Positions 38,901 to 49,100 of a stretch of DNA of 64,000 bases are shown piece after piece. Positions within the stretch are counted from its first letter, which is position 1. Every line of letters begins with the position of its first letter. The notes beneath the pieces were generated by a model that ran no database searches, had not been told where the DNA came from, and saw nothing but the letters and a program-made list of their open reading frames with translations. Source of the DNA: Neoechinorhynchus agilis (lineage: Eukaryota; Animalia; Acanthocephala); NCBI GenBank assembly GCA_051530055.1, contig CM121341.1:14672784-14736783 (forward strand). The letters run 5' to 3'. The translations under genes and the position numbers were made by a program.

Positions 38901-41043
38901 TTCGGTGAACGGTAATTTTTGATCCAAGAATTCGTTCATGTTTTCTAATTTGTTTTTATTCTAATCGAAAGGAATGCAAATTTTGACCTAAACACGAGGG
39001 TCGTTCGTGAATTTTACCCATATTTAATTTTTATTATTTGTTTTTTCGTGATCGAGACTGTCTGCAATAATTTCTCTTTCGAGCCACACTGATGAACTTG
39101 TGATGTTCATAACAAATGTAAGCATCAAATACGAGCGAATGAACCTCGGTCTCCACCGAAAAGCAGTCCGAATATTTGACGGAATATGTGTTACCCAGCA
39201 TCAGCTCGCAAGTCTCCATCACAACCTCCGCTCTAACGCTCACCCGTTCGATTCCAATCTTTTTCACTTAAAAGACAAACCTGGCGATGGTCACAGTGAG
39301 CTCATTTGGTTGGTATTGTACATTGTGGTTAACAAAAGCGAGTCTAGCCAAAATGGTTTGTGGAAAGCGGTGATACAGTTCCAACTCATTCCTGGTGTCG
39401 TGGTGCATCTTCTCTACGCAGATAAAATCTGCTCAATAACAGAGAAAGACGATTATATTCTCAGGTCTAACGCATTGAGCGTTTACTCCCGTCTTGGCCA
39501 GGACTCATTTCCCATCACTAGTAGTGATTCGACTCAAAAACGAAAAAACACAAAGCGTCTGATAAACCTCATCGAAGATCCTAAGGACACCGCTGGGCGA
39601 CCGCCGCTTAAGCGATTCCGAACATTTCAATATAATCCGCCGTTTATATTATCAGAATTAAGTTTAGATCCGACGTTACCACAGACACCCCTATTTCATC
39701 CATCTTCGGATCTTAGTCCACTGCAAAATACATTGTTACGATGCAATCAATCTGAAGCATCTATCGATCGTCCTTGTCTTTTCTTTGCTTATTGTCTATC
39801 GTCAGATAAATCATGCGTTTTAGTAACTTGCTCAGATGAACGAGGCGAGCTTTTGGAGACTCGGGTGATCAACGCGACCTTCCGGCATGCTGTTCATAAT
39901 GCGAAATGCGCAATCAACGTGGATCGAATGTGGATGCACATTAGACGTGTTGCCATTAGTCGAATATGGCAGTTCATTGTTCAAACCGTAGTGAAAGTAT
40001 GCAGACCAGTACGGCTGATCATAACGAAAGCGGGAATTCTGGGATTTGGTGAACTTAAGTCATGGGCTTGTCTATTGTCTCGTCGGTCACTGCATCATTG
40101 GGCCCCTATATTAAGAGGAAAATGCCCCAAATGCAACCCAAAGGATACGGGAAAATTGCTACAAAACCACGCTCCATCGATTGTATCTGCTTGCTTGATA
40201 AGTCTCGAACCAGAGAGTTCAATTCGCCTCTATTCACAATCTATTGATCATTCTGCATCGGTTATTGATGTGAGCTGTACTCATATCCTTACGTATCCCA
40301 CGTCAGCTCTTTTATCCCGGCAGCTAAACTTATCCCGCGACGACACTCAAACCAATTTCGACATTATCTTTGATTTTGACATAATTGACACAGATTTTAA
40401 GCCTGTCGTTGGTTTGTCTAATAGTCCTGCGAACCCATACGGATCTAAGGAGGCAGAGGATGAGGTTGACGAGAATGCAGATATCTGTAAGCTTGCTTTT
40501 GATTATCTTCAACAACACGAAACCGAAGTCCGAGTGGACGAACAACCTCTTTCTGTTGGACTATACGTCTCAACGGCACCCGCTGTTGGTGTCCCTGAAT
40601 GGATGCTTGCTCGAAATCGATTCGATGATTTGGAAAAGTGCACTACTTTCAAAGTAACCCTCCATGTCAACGTACCCAATGAAGCTGAACCAGATCAGCT
40701 GTTTAGTACGCAAAGAACGAGTTCAAATAGCGCTCAGTCCAAACGAGCAGGTTTGGCTGAACAATGTGCTCAATGTGCAATGTCCGCACTTTTGAATTGC
40801 TCTTGCCCAGAGTCGAAAGCCAAGGTTGCCGAATCAATTCGGAATTCGTCAAGTGAAACACAACCGCCGCCACATCCCCTCGATTCGACGACGACCCATG
40901 CTTCACTCAAGTTCATTCTGGAGTGTTTCCATAGATTGTCGTGGCTTACGCTGAATGAAACTCTATCCGATAGGAAATCGTGTCTGCCACTTCCAATCGA
41001 TGTTCTCTTCAAAATATATCATGCAATTCACCAAAACTCGTGA
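35969..41043 (+). CDS. MED13: Mediator subunit 13 (kinase module)
   Basis: SLEQCFTNVF, INWRCF, ELWVFWF, FKAFHNAFER...FVRIGRWFVQP, LSDSIVNLWRDVNYDTCTSCAC, CSCGFSA, GPLTWTQFH, WETLDLEPYGGRRNVGYVV, DERGELLET, EQPLSVGLYVSTAP, RLSWLT...DRKSCLP. A few splice junctions are unresolved. Confidence 0.95.
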
Positions 41044-43039
41044 AACTCTCGGAAGTCTTTAAATTTATCCCTTGTGAAATTGAGACATAAAATAAGTATG
41101 AGTGTGACTATATATGTGTACAGTAAAACCTCCCATGGAGAATTGTGGTGCTTTGGCCAGAATGCTAACTGTACTTGAAAAACTTTTAAAATTGCATAAC
41201 TAAACACTAAATTTCTTCAAGGTCAACATTATTCTTGAGAAATCCGGATAAACAGTTACTATGCGAGCATTTTGCTGGAAATCCCACATCATCTTTAAAT
41301 AGCCAGTCATTATTTTTCCAAAATCGAACACAAATTCTCAATGCATTACTTTTAAATCTAATGATAATCTACAACGAATGTTGCGCATCGGATTTCCAAA
41401 TGCATAAAAGAAGATAAAAAAACTGATTTGAGAATCGGTTTTTTTGTCATTTCAAAAATATGGTCAAGTAATCTGAAAAAACTTTGTGTCGTCTGAATTT
41501 ATCTTTAATTTTTTCTTAAGGATACCTTTTGAAAATACTGAAATTCCATCTTTATGTTCTGAAAGTATAACAACTGAGCGAAGTTAAAAATTCGCTTTAT
41601 AGTTCGCCTCGATTGAGTAAAATCGAAAATGGTATCTGTACCAATCACTGCCATTTGAACAATAATCGCGATATTCTTGATTTTTAGAAGTCAAGATCAT
41701 GTTACAAAAATGTGCAATTTTCATTATTTAAAGAAACTCTCAAGTCTGTTCCCTGAAACAATAGAGTTACAAGGAGAATTGCTGATTGAAACACAAATCG
41801 TGTGATTTTTGGATCGATCTTTATTACCAATGCGAATGCAGAAAAGTAGGAATTAGAATGGGAGGGTAGGGACCAAGAAATTCGATTTAAGTGGATTGAG
41901 TACTGGAAATACGACGTTCTCTGTTATTGAGCCATAGACGTATTTGATAAATTTTGTTGACCCCGCTTAATCGTTCATTTGTGATACCGTTCATACATTT
42001 AAGATTGTTTAACTCAAACTGTTAGCATTGATTGTGGCTGCTCCTTGCCGTATACCATATAAATTGCATAAATGTTTTTTTATGCATTGCAACTTGATTC
42101 TAAGGCATGAATCTTTTCCAGAGCAAAAGAGCTACTCCCTTCCTTTCATTATCTACGGGCCATAACCACTCGACAACCGTGAAATGTCATCTTCGCCGTC
42201 CTGGTACTTTAGTAAAGAAATCATCTCCACTCTTTATTCGTTCTTTGGGTTAGACTCTCGAACATAAAATTTAATTGCTTTTGTTTTGACGGCTCGTGCA
42301 ATCAATGTGCTCACATACGGGGATGTATAACATATGAAGAGATAAACACAAACACCTCCTTGATGAAATCCCGTCATCGTTAGCTGTGCACTTACCCTAG
42401 ATTTTAACCCAATACTCAAAGCAACCCGCTCGATGGGTTCTAATTTGAAATACATCGAGATCGGGAAAGGCGATAATTGAGCCGTTTATTCGACTGAGCA
42501 GGGAAAATGCATCTCGCCCCATGGAACTCAATGGAGCGTACTTAATGGCGGTATCGTTTTTCAGTTAGGCGAGAAAAAGAGATTGCATCCGTAGGAAATA
42601 ATGATGCTTGTCTTAAATTTAGCCTAAAGGGCAAATCCGCAACACTTCAAACTCGATAACTTGACCGGACTAATCCGCAAATCCCCGCTTAATGAATTTC
42701 TGTGAAATTTGCTTACCAATATAAAAAATTGTCCATTTTCTACCATATTTCTCTTTTAATTTCTATAAAAAGGCCCAATATCTTCTGAATTTTTGAAAGA
42801 CGTCGCTCCTCGAGTCATATCTATACGAAAACTTCATTTGATCAATTTTATCTTCCCCTTTGTCCATTCTTAAATTTCTAAAGATCATCTTTGTACTGGT
42901 TTCAAATTGATACAAAAATGTTTCTTGGAACCATTTTAGTCTTCATCTCGATGAAAAAAGTCGAATATAAATCTAAAATACACTAAGAAAACTGCAACAA
43001 TTTGAATCATTTTGATTTATCTTTACTCTCTGATAGAAG

Positions 43040-43240
43040 CTGTCTTAAAACTGTTATTTAGGTCTTCACCCGGAAAAGACATTTCCATCATCAGTTATAA
43101 CAGATCTCTGGGTTTTTTTAGAACTGATGATGAACCCGACGATATTCGAAACGTCTTTACTGCAAAAAATTCTTTACCGCGTGAAGACTTCTAAATAACA
43201 CTTCTAATCATATACCCCGATATCTCCTCACATATCGGCA
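43040..43240. mobile_element. Mini inverted-repeat element with a minimal hammerhead motif (family A, locus 1)
   Basis: Right arm CTGATGA-T-GAA-cccgacgata-TTC-GAAA-CGTC (43124-43155), then an A-tract and TTTACCGCGTGAAGAC. Left arm (~43055-43096) is an inverted copy lacking stem II. Confidence 0.7.
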
Positions 43241-43666
43241 AAAGCTGTCTTAATTTTCCCTTTTTCCCTGCCCAATACATGTATCAGTTTTTGAACCTGG
43301 ACGAAGCGAAAAGAGTGTTCTTTAGTTTGCCCCCCCTTAAAAACTTAAACACCGTATAATTTTGCAACTTGTTTTTTAAAGACCACTCTTCCAAGAACTG
43401 CCATGTTTCCTCATCAAAATACGTGTATTCTCACAAACATCGGCCTACACTCAAGGTACCATAAATACAAATCATGGTTAAAGCTCTTCCTTTCCAAAAT
43501 CTCCATCGAACTTAGTTCCTTAGCGTCAATGCGGCGCCTTACTACTGCACCACCTCACGACAAAATGCGTTAATGATTCATATGCATCGAAGAAGACGGA
43601 GTTGTAGACAGCACACTCACTAGACTTTTAGAGAAATGAGGATTCGTTTTGTCAATTATTCTAGAT

Positions 43667-46600
43667 ATGTTAATAACATTTATTCTTGCTTTATTGCAAA
43701 TAAGTTTTGTTCATGGCACTAGCAATCTTGGGACTAAAGCTCGCTTTGATCAGTGTGCGCTGGACTGTATAATGTGAGTGGTCAAAAACCTTCTTTCAAA
43801 CTAATGAAACCCTTCACAGGCTTCAAGGAAACACGAGTTTCCGAACAACATCGATTCGATTTATGACGCTCAATGATGAGTATAAGAGACAGTACATTGC
43901 GTGCCGTAATGCAACTAGTTATTTTGATTTTCGAATCGAAATGAATTATTTGAGAACTGTGCAGCCCAATAAGTCTTCGACCACGTCAGAATTTCCATCA
44001 AACTATCAACTAAGCCTGTCAATCCAAAACAATGCGAGGTGCAATGCACTCGTAACCAGGACTTCGATTAAAGGAGACCATGTTATCCCGATTAGAAACT
44101 TCATTCCGATTCGAATACTGCCTAACGGATATTCAAACGTGCCAATAAGGTTTGTTTTGTGAAAGAAATTGCTTTGAAACGCTATTCAAAATATCTTTTC
44201 GATTTAATGGGACATACTGATTCAATTATCTTGCGGTCATAAAAAATCTTACAAATATAGACTTTATCCACGACGAATGAAATTTACGAAATTTTATAAT
44301 AGTAACTCTACAAATAATACATTAATCTCATATATCATTGTCCTCGGGGTGAATTTGATTGTGCGTTGGCGAATCCTGCCCCCGGTGCTTTCGTTACTCA
44401 TTTATATTCGAAATATTTCACAAGGTTTTCCTTGCCTCTTCAGTCGATATCTAAAATGGAGGATATGGACATCATGCACAGCCGGTCACGTCTGGGTGTA
44501 GCTCAGATCCGCGGGTTTGCTAATACCCGAAGTGTGGGGAGTTCCATCCGCGCACACCTCTTGCGGTTTGTTGCCGACTAATTTGCCCGTCATGCTACGC
44601 AACATTGGTAGCACCAGCGTATGGTTAGATTTGTTGCCTTCCATCGTCGAATTTCCTCGGATGTGAATGGCCTCCAGAATCAGTCTTCTCCTCAGATTCG
44701 GTTCCCTGGTTAGGAATGCCGCCTTTTCGAAATCTACCCTGTGCTGGATTGTTTGCTGGTGGTTCGATATGGCAGAGGATTTATCGAATGTCCTGCATGC
44801 TTGTTTGTGCTGCGAGATCCGCTTTCTGATCCCTTGCATGGTTTGTCCAATGTAGACCTTTGGGCATTCTGCACATGGGATTTTGTATATCCCTGATTTT
44901 GCCTCTTGACTGGGTTTCCTCTTGAGAATGCCCGCAATGGATGCGCCCCGTTTGTTGTAGATAAAGAGATTTGGAACGAGGTAGTTCAGGCGCCTCAGTT
45001 TTCCGGTCGCATTGTCACTTATGTGGTTGAAGCCAGCGTATTTGGGGGAGATGTTTGCGGTATCCTTCTTCTTGCGATGCCCGCTATGTGTTGCCTTTTT
45101 CAGGCTGATTTTGATGGCATATTCAGGGAAGCCTCGTGATCTGAGAACTTTTGTGATACTTTGTTTTTCTTCTTCCCAATCCCTGCTTTCTGAAGAAATC
45201 ATCCTGGCCCTCTTGAAGTAGGACGTTGCCGCTGTTATTTTATAGTGGAACGGTTGGTGGCTCGACCAGTGAGGTGGACCCCATGGTATACCTGGCTTGC
45301 GGTAGAGCTGTGTTTTGATGTTGCCTTTATCATCGTGTATTATCCTTACGTCCAAAAAGGAGATAGCCCCCTCTTCATCTTCCTGAGTCATTGACCACTG
45401 GATGTTTGGAGACTCAGGAAGATGAAGAGGGGGCTATCTCCTTTTTGGACGTAAGGATAAAACACGATGATAAAGGCAACATCAAAACACAGCTCTACCG
45501 CAAGCCAGGTATACCATGGGGTCCACCTCTGCAGGATCCAAACATCCAGTGGTCAATGACTCAGGAAGATGAAGAGGGGGCTATCTCCTTTTTGGACGTA
45601 AGGATAAAACACGATGATAAAGGCAACATCAAAACACAGCTCTACCGCAAGCCAGGTATACCATGGGGTCCACCTCACTGGTCGAGCCACCAACCGTTCC
45701 ACTATAAAATAACAGCGGCAACGTCCTACTTCAAGAGGGCCAGGATGATTTCTTCAGAAAGCAGGGATTGGGAAGAAGAAAAACAAAGTATCACAAAAGT
45801 TCTCAGATCACGAGGCTTCCCTGAATATGCCATCAAAATCAGCCTGAAAAAGGCAACACATAGCGGGCATCGCAAGAAGAAGGATACCGCAAACATCTCC
45901 CCCAAATACGCTGGCTTCAACCACATAAGTGACAATGCGACCGGAAAACTGAGGCGCCTGAACTACCTCGTTCCAAATCTCTTTATCTACAACAAACGGG
46001 GCGCATCCATTGCGGGCATTCTCAAGAGGAAACCCAGTCAAGAGGCAAAATCAGGGATATACAAAATCCCATGTGCAGAATGCCCAAAGGTCTACATTGG
46101 ACAAACCATGCAAGGGATCAGAAAGCGGATCTCGCAGCACAAACAAGCATGCAGGACATTCGATAAATCCTCTGCCATATCGAACCACCAGCAAACAATC
46201 CAGCACAGGGTAGATTTCGAAAAGGCGGCATTCCTAACCAGGGAACCGAATCTGAGGAGAAGACTGATTCTGGAGGCCATTCACATCCGAGGAAATTCGA
46301 CGATGGAAGGCAACAAATCTAACCATACGCTGGTGCTACCAATGTTGCGTAGCATGACGGGCAAATTAGTCGGCAACAAACCGCAAGAGGTGTGCGCGGA
46401 TGGAACTCCCCACACTTCGGGTATTAGCAAACCCGCGGATCTGAGCTACACCCAGACGTGACCGGCTGTGCATGATGTCCATATCCTCCATTTTAGATAT
46501 CGACTGAAGAGGCAAGGAAAACCTTGTGAAATATTTCGAATATAAATGAGTAACGAAAGCACCGGGGGCAGGATTCGCCAACGCACAATACATTAATCGT

Positions 46601-47760
46601 ATTTATTAGTGCATTTTAAAGCATTAAAAAACAATCGTAAATTAATCGTCTTATTAACACTTTATTTTTTAGATATCGAATTTCAGCTTAGTCAAGAGAC
46701 ACGAAAATACTTCATTTGAAGTCGGTCTCGATTTATTGAACGTTTTTAAACCTTGTATTTTCATAAATACAGCACAATCGAATTTATTCTCTATCAATGG
46801 AATTCGAAAAAAGTTCGAAAATGCGTTGATTTTCCTGCTAAAATCGACAGAGGTTGATGTATTTGTCTTTCCCCAATTGTCTTTTAACCGTTCAAAATGC
46901 CTCATAAATGTCTCATTCCATGAACAGACTCGTCTCTGAAATGGGACTAAAACGATGGGTTATACACGTCACTATGGAGATCAACGGTGCAATACTAGAG
47001 TTTAAACACTTTATATGGAATCCGGACATTGATCTCAGTGAGAATCGGTCGTTTCTTTTTATTAAGAACGCGAAGAAGCACCTTGCGTTTTTTGTTACCT
47101 TTATTTTTGGAATTATTATACTCAGTTTGGCACAGAATTCCTCTTGCAGGAAAACAAAGGAGGTGAGCTGTCTAAATACAAGGAGCGGTGCTCAAAGTGC
47201 GTATGTTCAAGGTGGCCACTACTTTGGAACAGAGGCCTAAAATCAGAGTCCACATGAAGGAAATGGTCAGCGAGTACAATAGGCGTCGTCCGAACACCCC
47301 GAATAAACGCATATTTAATGCTGTACAAAATATAAGGCCTTTAAATAAGCCTGTTTTGGTAACAGACAATGTGAAGAAGGATCAAATCGATAGGTCTACG
47401 AATTTCAACAAAAAACGAAAAGGGAAAAAGACCATTTTGAATGGAATGGTGTCCGATCAAGGCAATTGTACACACAAACCGAGACAAACGTTCACCGTTC
47501 AGCAACCTAGCACTTTAAAGATGACCGAGAAGAAGCTACCGCGGTTCGTGAAGTCAGAGTCGAACGAATCTTGTTCCGTTCGTTCACGAGAAAAGAGTCA
47601 CAATATTTGCGAAAGTGTTGGAACGAAAACAACGGATGAAATCGATTCTGCTGAGAGTTTGAAGAATTCGAAACATGTAGATATTGTTAAAGTTCAATAT
47701 TCACAAGAAGAAGCAGTCTCAGTTTATAGACCAAGTAAATTCATTACATCGTTTGCGTGA
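43667..47760 (+). CDS. Orphan type I membrane protein (~405 aa), four exons
   Basis: Exons 43667-43773, 43820-44149, 46928-47162, 47212-47760 join in frame with GT-AG introns: signal peptide MLITFILALLQISFVHG, N-x-S/T sites, TM-like LAFFVTFIFGIIILSLA, basic low-complexity tail. Intron 2 (44150-46927) contains the Penelope-like palindrome. Confidence 0.65.
44404..44450 (-). ncRNA. Minimal type I hammerhead ribozyme motif (inverted-arm copy)
   Basis: Exact reverse complement of 46497-46543. Confidence 0.8.
46497..46543 (+). ncRNA. Minimal type I hammerhead ribozyme motif in the Penelope-like 3' region
   Basis: ATATCGA-CTGAAGA-G-GCAAGG-aaaa-CCTTGT-GAAA-TATT-TCGAATAT: intact core, 6-bp stem II, bulged stem I, and a palindromic ATAT in place of stem III. 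Confidence 0.8.
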
Positions 47761-48070
47761 GTATATGACTACTTTAACTTGAATTTCCTAAGTTAGAATT
47801 TAGACATGAGATTAATCTAGCGGCAAATCGTTTAACTCCCGTCAATTTGGTGCAGTGTTGGAATTATCAGGAAACAAAACCAGCGGCAAAGTAACTTCAG
47901 CCAATCACTAAATCGTTTCTAAATTTAACGCATAGATTAAAATTGAACTCTAATAGTAAAGACCACATAACACAAAAAGGTAAAATCTTAACATATGTTT
48001 AAAATTTCATTTAAAAATAGGGATTCGGACAAAAGATTCTAGGCCCACAACCAGTACATTCGTCCATCAG

Positions 48071-48977
48071 ATGCCTTCCTACAGTCCAAGGTCAGTTTTC
48101 TTTTAACTCGCGTCATATAAAGATATAAATCAAAAATAGGTTAAGTTTGATGTTTATGGGAAATTATGCGGCGAATCTTGAAGTAATCCAGCCAAAGTGC
48201 GACATTTAAAGTATTTTTTCCAAATTCATATTTGTTTTTAGGTATATATACACTGGAAAAGCTGACAATCCTCTGATCAATGGCAAAAGGGAGAAGGCGC
48301 TAAATGGTTGTCCATTTGCGCCTTATCTGGAATCATGGTTTGTTTGTTTTCGTCTATTTAATACTGTCAATTATATCGGGACCAGGAGATGCTTTCAGAA
48401 GTTTCGCTATTTGCGAGCAGGTACAACATGATTCTTTTATTAAACCGCCGTGTGCTCATCCATTTTCTCTTCTAGTTTACGCGGGTGAAGACCCCTCTCC
48501 GCCGTGCTCTCCGTTTGAAAGCTACAGAGAGCCATGGGAAGACATTACAAATCCTAAAAACGTTCCCAGAGAAAACGAAATCCATCCCGATGACCCACGA
48601 CTAAAGAACTTCCTTCCACCCAAAGAACTCTGGTGAGTTCTCAGTTGTACTTTTTTGCCTAGTTCAACCAAAATTGTAAGGGCATACACAATCACTCCGC
48701 AAAGAACAGAGGAATCCGATTTCGATTTTTGGCTCAACAGAGATTTTTCAAGGGTATTTTTTTTATTATATTCATAGAAAAGCGAAACTTCCCCTCAAAA
48801 CAGATTAACCTAAGTCTCATGAAACCCCCATCACTGGACCAAGACCTGACCCAAAGTCAACTGTATCCAAGCGACGGTTACATGAGCAACAAAGACCGGA
48901 TGAGGGAACTTGAGAAAAAGCTAAACTACCCGGACTATCATCTTCCGGATCATTTATTACTCAGATCTAAAAAATAA
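48071..48977 (+). CDS. Unidentified small multi-exon, proline-rich protein
   Basis: Candidate exons join as MPSYSPRYIYTGKADNPLINGKREKALNGCPFAPYLESWRCFQKFRYLRAVYAGEDPSPP...DDPRLKNFLPPKEL...RELEKKLNYPDYHLPDHLLLRSKK with short GT-AG introns. Family not recognised. Confidence 0.5.
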
Positions 48978-49100
48978 TCAATGATGGAAGATGTTTTCAG
49001 AGTAGGTAGCAATACCCATCTGCTTATTCCCAGTCGCCATGAATAAATAAAATTTATATGCTCGTCGTACGGGTTTCGGTTGTCATCTTGATCTGTATAC

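Larger units (their letters stand above)
44328..46589. mobile_element. 5'-truncated Penelope-like element inserted as a 3'-ends-outward palindrome
   Basis: Arms 44358-45410 (-) and 45537-46589 (+), 1053 bp each and near-identical. They encode the RT C-terminus (MTQEDEEGAISFLDV, LYRKP) and a GIY-YIG endonuclease (SGIYKIPCAECPKVYIGQT, RISQHK, SAISNH, RLILEAIHI). 12-bp direct repeat AATACATTAATC at 44316-44327 and 46587-46598. No RT catalytic motif. Confidence 0.93.

Noticed and set aside
41800-42760. Minus-strand exon-like pieces including SGDDFFTKVPGRRR* (neuropeptide-like amidation signal)
   Set aside because: No signal peptide or coherent spliced model; a single dibasic motif is expected by chance.
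44277-46593. Many short ORFs occurring in mirrored pairs
   Set aside because: Shadow frames of the Penelope-like ORF, duplicated by the palindrome.
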